Origin: Octopus vulgaris
Lineage: Eukaryota
Direction of reading: 5' to 3'
Length of the DNA: 64,000 bases
NCBI GenBank assembly: GCA_951406725.2
Contig: OX597822.1
Coordinates: 113,460,001-113,524,000 of the forward strand
This document shows positions 13,336 through 25,521 of this stretch, piece by piece (the stretch's first letter is position 1; each line of letters opens with the position of its first letter). The notes below the pieces were generated by a model that did no database searches, had not been told where the DNA came from, and saw only the letters and a program-made list of their open reading frames with translations. The translations under genes were made by a program, and so were the position numbers.

Positions 13336-14695
13336 CTTACATTTCGTGATATAAGTAGACTTACTTCCCCGCTTGTAAGATTAAAGCACCAAATTTTATG
13401 GTAGAGAGACCAAATGTTACTGTAATGTAAAGCATTAGAAAGGTCATCCATGAGAATACAAATTGGGTGGGGTTAACCTTGCAACCGTTTCCCATCCACG
13501 GTGCTTTATGAGATTAATGTTAGTTGTACCTGCTTTGAAATACACCGCTAAAATCTTATTTTATAATGAGTCTGTAATTGTGTGTGAGTGTGTGTGTGTG
13601 TTTGTGTGTGTGTATGTGCGTGTGCGTTTGTGTGTGTGTGAGTGAACACACACACATCCATCTGTCCATCCATCCATACTTACATACATGTTTATATATG
13701 TGAAGGTGCGTGGCTCAGTAGTTAGAGTATTGCACTCATGACAGTAAGATCGTAGTTTCTTGAACCGGGCGATGAACTGTTTTACATTCTTACGTGTTTG
13801 AGTGTGTGTGTTTGCGCTCGTGCGTGTGTGCGCGAGTGTATGCGTGTGTACCCCTCTTTCTTTTTTTATAACCGACCTCACACTTTACTGATAAAAATCT
13901 TCAGATAATGGCTGTGATCGTCTCGTGATAAGGACCCCAAGTTCGAGTCCTGGTCACTACAGTTCAACTTAATCATATTTTTCACTGGCGGTGCTCCAAC
14001 ATGGCCACATCATTGAGGCTAAAACGTATAAAAGAATAAAAGGATACTCTGGCTCAGTCCTAATGAAGTTCCAGTCGGTAACACAACTGCAGTGATAACC
14101 TCGCAAACAGAAAGTAAAATTTTAGATTAAACATCGAGTTGACGGCTAATCAACCATCGCCCTCGGCACAGTTCTATGTGGTAGTGAACCATGGATGACA
14201 TATGTCAAACAAGAAGCGTCTTCATAAAATCATGAATATGATGTAGGAAGACAAGGTCACCAATTTTGAAGTACTTAGCTAAATAGGGTCAAAGTAATGC
14301 TGAGAAAGGGTCGCCTGCGATAGGTTGATTATATGCGTCGCATGGAGGGAGGTTGTGTGATCGAGTCCAACAGGCAGTCACCAAATGCAATATTTTGATG
14401 CGTGCAATAAGGTTTTTCCATTCAGTACATCTTGAAATAAAGTTTCAGGGATACATACAATTATATGATTTAAATTCGATGACACGCTGACAAAGCAAGG
14501 GTGAGCACACACTAGAAAAAGGTGGAGGGCGTCGAGACCACACGACAAGGTTTTCTTCATTTGCGTTAACTACAGTAAGGACTGTTTAAAATCAACAGTC
14601 CTTGATTAAACGTCAAGTTGACGGCTAATCGTAATTTCGGCTGATTAATCTTGAGATTACTCCAATCTGGCCAGATATATATATAAATCTGATTG

Positions 14696-14850
14696 CTTCT
14701 TTCAGTTTCTGTCGTTCTGCCTACCAAATCCACTCACATGGCTTTGGTCAACCCGAGGCTGTAGCAAAAGACACTTGCCCAAGGTGCAACCCAGTGGGAC
14801 TGAACACCGAACCATGTGGCTGGGAAACAAACTTCTTACCACACACCCAC
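14696..14850 (-). mobile_element. SINE A, 5' half
   Basis: accaaatccactcac...gacacttgcccaaggtg...gtgggactgaac. Confidence 0.75.
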
Positions 14851-14876
14851 CCCAGCCTCTGTGTGTGCGTGTGTGT

Positions 14877-14912
<36 letters not shown>

Positions 14913-14975
14913 ACCTGTGTGTGTGCGTATGTATATAAATTTTTTGATATATGTATATATATATATTTATATATA

Positions 14976-15015
<40 letters not shown>

Positions 15016-15190
15016 TAGATAGATAGAAAATAGATAGATAGATATCGTCAGGAACTTCTGGAAAGTTCATATATACACACACACACATTATATATATGCC
15101 ATTTCTATATAGGCAGCCTATTATTTCATATATATATACATATATATATATATAGATACATATATAAACATATACACACACACACATATA

Positions 15191-15294
<104 letters not shown>

Positions 15295-15450
15295 TATGCA
15301 TACATATATAAATAGTGTATGTGTGTGTATATATACACATATATTACATAGTAAATAAAAGATCACAAATTTATATTTGAATAAAATTCAAGTCAAATGA
15401 AATGAAAACGAACGAATATCTTAAAGATCATTTTAAAGATAAGGAACACT

Positions 15451-15579
15451 CTATTGTAATTCCTGTTGCTCTGTGTCTTTCGGACAATGCAACATAGAGT
15501 GTTGTGTGTGGTCCTTGTGGCTCATCTTGCTGTTTGCTTGGCTTCTATCTGTTAGCTTTAATAGCCTCGAGATGTGCTT
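15451..15579 (-). CDS. Weak candidate terminal exon (KHISRLLKLTDRSQANSKMSHKDHTQHSMLHCPKDTEQQELQ*)
   Basis: Acceptor cttttcaaattgtttatttag followed by 42 open codons in unique sequence; no recognisable domain. Confidence 0.2.
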   Translation of the reverse strand, partial: KHISRLLKLTDRSQANSKMSHKDHTQHSMLHCPKDTEQQELQ

Positions 15580-16497
15580 CTAAATAAACAATTTGAAAAG
15601 CCATCATTATACTAATCAGCTAAGTTTTTTCCATCTTTGTAAACATTGCCGAAGAGATAACTCCTTCAATGACAATCAGGCGCTCCAAACAAAGTCAGTT
15701 TGCAGTATGTTTCCTATTATTTCAAAATCAACATATAATAACAATACAACATACTTCCAGCTCTGTACGGAAGAAGATTTCTCAACAGATATATAGAAAG
15801 AAAAAATTAAACTCTACAGTTAATAAAGAAAACCTACGTAGTTTTTCTGAAATAACAACTCAATACTCATTTTCCCCCAAAAAATGTTTACTGTTTTCAA
15901 GTTTATTATTTATATAACTGCCACCAAGCCTGCAATTTTGCTTCGTTTCCTCTAAATATAATAAACCCATTTAGCCTAACAGAATCAGACTTGCATAAAT
16001 ATTGTACACATAGTAAAACTTACCAAAAGGAAAACGTTGTAACCCGTCCCATATAACCAGAAACTGTTCTGCAATTTTTTTTTCATTCGAATCAACTTGA
16101 TGTACAAGCTGTTATAAATATAACAGTCCTCAATATTTCTACGTTTAGTTAAAGGGATACTATCATGCTTATATAGTGAACCAAGAAAATTTAATTACAG
16201 TTGCAATTGTAGTGTGTGTGTGTGTGTGCGTGTAAGTAACTATATGGGCATAAGTTTCAATATATTTTTCTTTTTTGAAAATATTACGTCATTGTTTCAT
16301 TTTATCTTTGGTCATGCCCTTGGTGTTCGTTAATCATAATAGGTGGGGAGTATAGTTTGTGATTTTTATTCTAATTGGATTCTGGTCAACTAATTTACCA
16401 TCATGAGAACTTGGGTTCTAGAACATTTCCATAAATTCCATTAAAGAATGGATTCTTCACCTTTTGCCGATTTGACACTATATATATATATTATCCC

Positions 16498-16566
<69 letters not shown>

Positions 16567-16572
<6 letters not shown>

Positions 16573-16726
16573 CAATGTCCCTGTGGTTAGGGCAGCGGAC
16601 TCGCGGTCGTAGGATCGCGGTTTTGATTCCCAGGTCGGGTGTTGTGAGTGTTTATTGAGCGAAAACACCTAAAAGCTCCATGAAGCTCTGGCAGGGGGTG
16701 GTAGCGATCCCTGCTGTACTCTTTCG

Positions 16727-16733
<7 letters not shown>
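16567..16733 (+). mobile_element. SINE B head, truncated in microsatellite
   Basis: gtggttagggcagcggactcgcggtcgtaggatcgcgg... Confidence 0.8.
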
Positions 16734-16799
<66 letters not shown>

Positions 16800-16802
<3 letters not shown>

Positions 16803-16950
16803 CAATAAAAAGTAACAATAAAAAAACAACAAGAGGACGTGCATATGGAATGTATTAGTTAGACGCTCGGTATCGGTGGAAAAAAGAAGAGAGCTTTTGA
16901 AGTTTTGAGCATTGCTCGCTCTTCGTCAGAAAGGAAAACGGAAACGTCCG
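16800..16950 (-). mobile_element. Short repeat with a decayed hammerhead-like motif
   Basis: Minus strand cttt-CTGACGA-AGAGC-GAGCaatGCTC-AAAAC-TTC-aaaag (16894-16933), followed by gagcgt...taatac as in the other copies. Confidence 0.5.
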
Positions 16951-16983
16951 TATACACGTATGCGTGTATGCACACACACACAC

Positions 16984-17054
<71 letters not shown>

Positions 17055-17223
17055 TGTATGTATGTATGTATGTATGTATGTATGTATGTATACATGTGTC
17101 TATATATAAGGAAACAAATTTAATGCTCTTCTGAATTGTATAAAATATTCTTCAGTTAGTGTTTGATGTTTTTCCTCTCTACTACAATGCATAAAATGTA
17201 TCGATGCATGCACATATACATAT

Positions 17224-17285
<62 letters not shown>

Positions 17286-17490
17286 TATATAATTGTATGC
17301 GTGAACACGCACATACAAACATGTATGTGTGTGTGTGTGAGAGAGAGAGTATGTGTGTGTGAGAGAGATTATGTGTGTGTGTGTGTCTTTGTACGTGTCT
17401 GTATATGTGTGTGTATATGTATTGTATGATTAGGGATCATAATACATATCTTTAAGAGAATAACTACCATCTCCTCTTCAAATGAAAGAG

Positions 17491-18422
17491 ATAATCTGGT
17501 AGTTTTTTTTAATTGCCTTGTGATATTAGCAGCTATAATCTGCATTTGGTTACAGCCGATAAGGTTTGTGAAAATTTAGACAAAAGCTGCATCGTTAGCC
17601 ATAACTCATAAAGAACATTTGTAAAGTTACTGGAAAATATTTATTGAACACGTCTAGAATGTCAAGAATTTCTAATTAATTACTGATTTAGCATTCTCTT
17701 CTCAAGATCCCAAATTCAGCCATACTTTCCTCCAGAGGTTTGCATGTATCCTGTTATTCCAATAATAATATTTAGAATGATATAATGATTTTGACAAGCC
17801 CTCTTAGTCCTTGTAGTAACTTGTAAGCTAAGTACAACCTAACTATCTGCATGTGTGTAGATTTGAATTATTTTACTTCCTATTTGCGTTGGTTGGAAAT
17901 TTTAAGTTGGAAACTACAAACAAAAATCAAATGACACGATTTCAGTAGACCTTGTATTCCCTAAATTATGTTACATCAGAGAAGAGACAAAAACAACAGT
18001 CTTCGTATATTTCGAATGTTAAGCACAAAACATTTCGTAAAACATTAAGGTTTATATTACTATGTTTCCAGTTATATTTTCAAGAAATCTGTTCATTTGG
18101 TTGTATCTTTGTTTGTTGTTTTTTAAGTGATAATGAAGGCATTTTCAAAAGAGACTCGACTTCAACAAAAACAATTCATTCATTTGTGTAAAAGACGATT
18201 GTTATATTTAGCCTCATTATTTTCTATTTTCTTCTTTATTAATACCGTCATCACTTTTGCAATTGTTGTTGTTTTTGCCGTGACAAAACAGGCAACCCTG
18301 TCAAACCTGCTTGGTAAGGAGGCAAGTATTAATACATAAGATGATTTGTCAGAGATGGTTAATCGGCTGCGAGAAAGAGCACCATTAAGAGCTCGGATAC
18401 TGTCTGCTTCAAAGTATTAAAG
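17491..18422. repeat. Left arm of a patchwork inverted duplication (partner 23247-24835)
   Basis: Six colinear near-identical blocks in inverted orientation (see findings). Confidence 0.85.
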
Positions 18423-19001
18423 ATTACACCCAAGAGGTATCCATACGTGTAGCAAATAAAATACCTTTGATGTCTCTATCCCCTTTTCACAGATCACTAA
18501 TTGAATAATCAAGGTCAAAACGTGATTTCCAATAATAAATTGAGAATAAACATTATTAAAATGCTTTTAAAATACTATATTTTAATTGTAAAACAATGCC
18601 ATAAATTTACATAAGCTGTACGTTACAAAAGGGATCCTCCTATTAAATTAAATGCTACTCAAAATATTTGCATTGCTATTAAATAAGGCCACAAAAAATA
18701 CGGCTGCTTTTTAATGGCCTATGCGTAGAGTTGGTGGAGACACATTGCCTAGTGGTTAGAGCAGCGGACTCGAGAATATAGGAGAAAGCTTCTGCCCAAG
18801 GTGCCACGCAATAGAGGTTCTAAATTCAATTCAGAGTTTACATCGTTGAAAGAGGATTTAATATTTCTAATGAGGGACACATACGAACACACACACACAA
18901 ATACACACGCACACTCATGAATTCACACGTACAGACGCGCACACACACACACACCACTCAGTCTTCACCGCTACCATATACTTTAGCTTCCTACCATTCG
19001 T

Positions 19002-19058
<57 letters not shown>

Positions 19059-19376
19059 CGCACATAAGCATACGAACTCAAATTTTACCTACGCTGCACA
19101 CTAACTCACACACATATACACACATATATATATATACGTACACACACATATATATATACGTACATTCATTCAATCACAAACACACTAATACACACACACA
19201 CACACTCACTGCTGATCTTACGAACCAAACACACACACTTTCTCTCTCACACACACTGCTCGTACCTCCTATATATAAACAGACACACGCACACAGACAG
19301 ACATACTCACGAATATAGATACACATACACATACACTACATACACATACGTCCGCACACACACATAAACACATACA

Positions 19377-19735
19377 CTTTTACTCTTTTACTTGTTTCAG
19401 TCATTTGACTGCTGCCATGTAGAACACCACCTTTAGTCGACCAATTCCATTGACCCCAGGACTTATTCTTTGTAAATCTAGTACTTATTCTATCGGTCTC
19501 TTTTGCCGAACCGCTAAGTTACGAGGACGTAAACACACCAGCATCGGTTGTCAAGTGATGCTGAGGGAACAAACACAGACACACAAACATATACACACAA
19601 ACATATATATATATATATTTACGACGGGTTTCTTTCAGTTTCTCTCTACCAAATCCACTCACAAGGCTTTGGTCGGCTCGAGGTACCCGGAACCCTGTGG
19701 TTGGTAAGCAAGCTACTTACCACACATCCACTCTC
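19377..19735 (-). mobile_element. SINE A with internal (CA)/(TA) spacer
   Basis: Matches 57780-58182. Confidence 0.85.
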
Positions 19736-20864
19736 ATATGCATACACATACCAACTGGCACCCCCTCCCTGTATTATTCTCTTACCTTTAAAACCACAAT
19801 CACTTGTCACACTTCCAGTGAGTCAAACATGTGGACCTAACCTACGTACATTTCCTGGCTCTCATTTCTCCTTTCCTCTCCTCCTTGTCCCTCCCTGGAT
19901 TTTCCTCTCGTATCCAATGGACATCAGGAACCTTATATGTTTTACTCTATAGTTTTTATCCGTCTTTGATCATCGGTCTAATATCGGTTTCAAACTTTGG
20001 CACAAGGCCAGCAATTTTGGTGAAGGGGTAAGTCGATTAAATCGACTCCAGTAATCAACTGGTACGTATATTATCGGCCTCCAAAAGATGAAAGGCAAAG
20101 TCGCCCTCGGCGGAATTTGAACTCAGAGCGTAAAGAAATGGAAGAAATGTTGCTAAACATTCTGCTCGGCGTTCTAACAATTCTGCCAGCTCACCACCTT
20201 AAAACTATCGATATCATATAATCATTGCATATATATTTAATTAGATTTTAACTATAATGTCAATAATATTGATTTCAAATTGTGGCCGAAGGCCAATTTC
20301 GGGAAAAGGATTAAGTTGATTACATCGACTTCAGTGTTCAACTGGTGCATATTTTATCAACTCCGAAAGAAGGATGAAAGGCAAAGTCGACCTCGCTATG
20401 CGTTTTACCCGGTGTGCAAACGATTCTGCCAGATTGCCGCCTTCGGCCATTTAATATTAGGACGAACGAAATACTGCCAAGCATTTTCACCGGCAGGGTA
20501 ACGATTCTACCAGCTCACTGCCTGCATCAGCCTAATACTAACTGCGATTATCAATGTTGTTTTGTCCAGGTCTAGCCTGACATACATTGTAAATATGAAG
20601 AGTAAACTTTGTGTACCTAGAGACGAATTGTTGGTGTAACCATGTACTGATCATCTGATGACCTAGATTTCTTTATTTGCATTATTTTTTTTTAAATATT
20701 ACAATTGTATAGTTTGTCTTTCATCCTTTTTCTTTCATTCTTTTAGGGGTCGATAAAGTAAGTACCAGTTGAGCACTGGGGTCGATGTAATCGACTTAAC
20801 CCCCCTCCCCCCCCGAAATTTCATGTCGTGTGCCTATATTAGAAAGGAATATTAGAATTATATA

Positions 20865-21191
20865 GGAGCAGTCCGTCGGTTGCGACGACGAGGGTCCCAG
20901 CTGATATGACCAACGGAACCGCTTGCTCGCGAAATTAACGTGTAAGTGGCTGAGCACTCCACAGACACGTGTACCTTTAATGTAGTTCTCGGGGAGATTC
21001 AGCGTAACACAGAGTGTGACAAGGCTGGTCCTTTTGAAATACAGGTACTACTCATTTTTGTCAGCTGAGTGGACTGAAGTAACGTGAAATAAAGTGTCTT
21101 GCTCAAGGACACAACGCTTCACCGGGAATTGAACTCACGACCTGACGATCATGAGCCGAATGCCTCTAACCGCTAAGCCACGCACCTTCAC
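20865..21191 (-). mobile_element. SINE C head with tail 1; 14-bp TSD
   Basis: TSD attagaattatata at 20851-20864 and 21192-21205; head as at 5041, tail as at 37750-37925. Confidence 0.85.
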
Positions 21192-21364
21192 ATTAGAATT
21201 ATATAATGTCGAGTATAATGTATATATTAATACAAACGTACGTATAATTTCTTACATACTGAAATTAATATGACAAAAGATCGCGAAACGGTCAGAATCT
21301 CATAGAGCTCAGATGGCTACATAAATCTATATTCCCCTCTCATATCTCCTGACTTTATGCCTTA

Positions 21365-21759
21365 CTAGCAGTATCGCCCGGCGTTGCTCGGGTTTGTAAG
21401 GGAAATAACTATATAAGCATTTTTAGGGATGTAAAGTATAATAGCCATCTCAACATGACTAACCACAAGGGGGGGGGGGGGTTACTGTAGCTTTTTACGT
21501 TCTGAGATTTAATAATAAATTTTTAGAGAGTTACTTCCCTTATATATGCTAAAAATGCATTAAAAATGGGAAAAATTTATGGTAAATTTTTTTTAAATCG
21601 TAGACTCATCGTAGACGCGCGCTAATACCCAGAAGGGCTCGATATGAATCACGACTATAAGATACCCGGTTTTGGTTAAACTGCACCGCAAAATGTGGGA
21701 GTAGTTAGGAATCTAAATCGTAGGAGACAGACACACAACTTCACTTTTATATATAAAGA
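21365..21759 (-). mobile_element. Non-autonomous Helitron (same family as 8560-9464)
   Basis: Minus strand A|TC...cccgagcaacgccgggcgatactgCTAG|T: TC start, 3' hairpin, CTAG end, AT target, no TSD. Confidence 0.85.
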
Positions 21760-22207
21760 TATATATATGCCACAGAATGATTTTATCGGAAGGATTTTCT
21801 TGATTTTCAGTTACATGGACACTGTACATTACACTACTTTCTGATTAATTACTACGTGGACTGATAGATGAGTCCGTAACAGGAGTTTACTGTGATAGCT
21901 GCACAATTCTCTAAATCCATATAGGTATATGTGTGCGCGCGCATATGTGTGTGTACGTACGTACGCATGTATGTAGCTATGTATGTATGCATGTATATCT
22001 TGGGCAAATCTATCTTCCGTTTCGTTCATTAGTTATTATTATTTCGCGGAATTCCTCAAGTAGATCCAGCGGAAATATAACCGTAGATGACACCAGGTAG
22101 CCCAAACTGTGAACGTGCTTTACTCAACACACTAAGTGACATACACCCATTAGTCCAAACAAATTACACACACACACACACACATACGCACGCACATATA
22201 TATATAT

Positions 22208-22444
22208 AAGGCGGCGAGCTGGCAGAATCGTTAGCACGCTGGGCGAAATGCTTAGCAATATTTCGTCTGCTGCTACGTTCTGAGTTCAAATTCCGCCGAG
22301 GTCGACTTTGCCTTTCATCCTTTCGGGGTCGATTAAATAAGTACCAGTTACGCACTGGGGTCGATATGATATAATCGACTTAATCCCTTTGTCTGTCCTT
22401 GTTTTCCCCCTCTGTGTTTAGCCCCTTGTGGGCAATAAACAAAT
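22208..22444 (+). mobile_element. SINE D, full length
   Basis: tRNA-like A/B boxes (tggcagaatcg / gagttcaaattcc), conserved core and tail. Confidence 0.9.
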
Positions 22445-23246
22445 ACATATATATATATATATAACGAATTCCAAACAGTTTCCGTCTTCGAAATTCACTC
22501 GCAAGGCATTGACCAGCCCGGAGCTATAGTAGAAAACACTTGCCCAAAGTACCGCGCATTGGAACCGAACCCGAGAACACGCAGCTACGAAGCGAGCTTC
22601 TTAACAACGCACCCATGCCAGTGCTTATACGTTTACAATATGTGAGCACCAACAGTATCTCCAACATAAATTCTACAAAGTAGTCCTTCTCTACCTGACA
22701 CATACCTTCCACACTGAAGATCAGTGGTTAGAGAGAACTTGTAACCTACATACTGCCTCTAACGCTTGTACTTAATGTTGTAGAATGATCATTATTATTG
22801 TTACTAAGCTCGTAATGTTACACTTCTCAAAGCCTGGGCAAAGACAATTGACCTACATTTCACGCATTCATTCTGTCAGTAAAACACTAAAAATATGTAG
22901 AACTTTTCAGCGTTTAGCATTGACACTACTAGTTTATTGTTGTCCGAATTCCAACCAGTCTCGTCACCCTTACATTTTGAATTCTTCTTTTTTCTCTCTA
23001 AGAAACAAAGGAAATAATTCTATATTCTGATTATGTTCTATTTTTGTTCTTGTATATAGATCTAACTTTTCTGTAGAAATCTCTTCTTTATATGTTGTAG
23101 ATTTTTCTTATGTTAAAAAAATAAAGAAAAGAAAAGAAATGGCACTTTGGTTTCATACCACTGTATGTTATTAAATTTCTGCACGAGTAAATGGCCATGT
23201 TCGTATGTCGATGTTTATGTACGAGACTATATGCAGCTATTTATGT

Positions 23247-23307
23247 ACTTTAATACTTTGAAGCAGACAGTATCGTAAAGAGAGACGGGTATGTATATAT
23301 GAATTAT

Positions 23308-23342
<35 letters not shown>

Positions 23343-24835
23343 CCAATGTAGAGCTAGATGCATAGACTGACACAGGCTGACACATACATACATATATACA
23401 TACATACATACATACATACATACATACATACATACATACATACATACATACATACATACATACATACATACATACATACATACATACATACATACATACA
23501 TACATACATACATACACACATACATACACACATACATACATGGTGCTCTCATCTCGCAGCCGATTAACCATCTCTGACAAATCATCTGATCCTAGATGTT
23601 TAAGACGACGGCTGTCAGCAATGACAGAGCTGAAACTTAATGTTAATAACATCTTGCACATCACTGCTAAGACTCACATCTACGAAGCCAAGAAGTCCAG
23701 AAAGAAGCGAAAATAAGATCTCTGGCTTTGCAACGAGTCGGCTATTATTTCGAAATTTCCTTCTCCTCGGGAAACGTCAAAACAAAGAGAACTAAGGATC
23801 TCTTACTCCGAATTGTTTGATGGCCGTTAACCCTACAAAGTTCGTTAATCCTTTGACGGGTTGTGTTTTTCATTCTGCACGGTGTTCAACCGAACCTAAC
23901 CTCCTTACCAAGCAGGTTTGACAGGGTTGCCTGTTTAGTCGCCGGCAGCCTGACCATGTGATAGGTTGTACTGGGTTACAAGTTACTACAAGGACTAAGA
24001 GTGATCCGACATTAACAATCATAAATACATACATTCATACATTTTCAGCTTCATACTCATTATTATTCGAATAACAGGATACATGCAAACCCGTCTGGAG
24101 GAAAGTATGGCTGAATTTGGGATCTTGAGAAGAGAACGCTAATCCTTAATTCATATGCAACAAATGATCACGATATCTAGAACTATAAAAATCTGCAAGA
24201 GCTTCTTAAGATTTAAAAGATGAGGGTTAAATCAAGATATTTTCCTTCATAACCTTGCTACCAAGTTGGTGGCTGGTCAAAAATTACGTTTTTAAGATAA
24301 CCAGTCACTTCTAGTTTCTGTTTTCTGAAAGACGACTTCATGGCCTATCAAAACGGTATTATCATTCCTTTCTAAACGGCTGATTGATTCGTAACAAAGA
24401 TCATTTATTATATGATTGATTTCACATTTCATCCATACTATAATTAATTAGAGGAAGCGCAATGGCCCAGTGGTTAGGGCAGCGGACTCGCGGTCATAGG
24501 ATCGCGGTTTCGATTCCCAGACCGGGCGTTGTGAGTGTTTATTGAGCGAAAACACCTAAAGCTCCACGATGCTCTGGCAGGGGATGGTGGTGATCCCTGC
24601 TTTCTCTCACTCTTACTTCCTGTTCGGAGTGCTTCCATTTCAATTAATTAGAAATTCTTTTGACATTCTAGACGTGTTCAATAAATATTTTCCAGTAATT
24701 TTACAAATGTTCTTGAGTTGTAGCTAGCGATGCAGTTTTTGTCTAAATTATTCACAAACCTTATCGGCTGTAACCAAATGCAGATTATAGCTGCTAATAT
24801 CACAAGGCAATTAAAAAAAAAACTACCAGATTATA
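23247..24835. repeat. Right arm of the inverted duplication; contains (ATAC)n, an RLE-LINE remnant (about 24055-24220) and a SINE B
   Basis: Blocks are reverse complements of 17491-18422; 24060-24220 translates ITGYMQTRLEESMAEFG...TIKICKSFLRF, like the RLE remnants at 1-198 and 7240-7400. Confidence 0.8.
24453..24641 (+). mobile_element. SINE B, internally deleted; 11-bp TSD
   Basis: TSD aattaattaga at 24442-24452 and 24642-24652. Confidence 0.85.
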
Positions 24836-25342
24836 TAGGGGCCACCTTGTCACATATATATATATATTTACATATGACAAATTTATGTCTAGATGCACAT
24901 ATCAGAAAATATGTATTTATATATATGTACTTGATTAAACATAGTCGGCTTCTAATCAGATAAGAATAAAAACAGTTGTTCTTTTATGTCTCGACACTTT
25001 TTTCATGTGAAAGTATACAATGTCTGTACAATCCATGTTGCTCAAAAAACAAACGCAAATAATGTGATTCCACAGACAGACTAGTTCGTCTCCAGCTAGT
25101 TTTTATAGCGAAATATATGTCCATCTAACCGCATATCTATTTATCCATATATCTATCCAACTGATGACCTATCTATCTGTATAACTATCTCCAAGAGTTT
25201 CTATGTAACTATCTCTCTATTTATATTCCGGTATTTACACATATATATACAATTAGATGCACATGGAGATAGATTAAGCAGATACAAACACGTAAGCACA
25301 TTTATATATATGTTTGATTTTGTTGGTATGTGAATATGTATG

Positions 25343-25395
<53 letters not shown>

Positions 25396-25397
25396 AT

Positions 25398-25521
<124 letters not shown>

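Noticed and set aside
17491-18422. Conserved blocks as exons of duplicated genes or a CRISPR-like array
   Set aside because: No consistent reading frame or splice sites, some blocks derive from TE remnants, and there is no regular repeat-spacer period.
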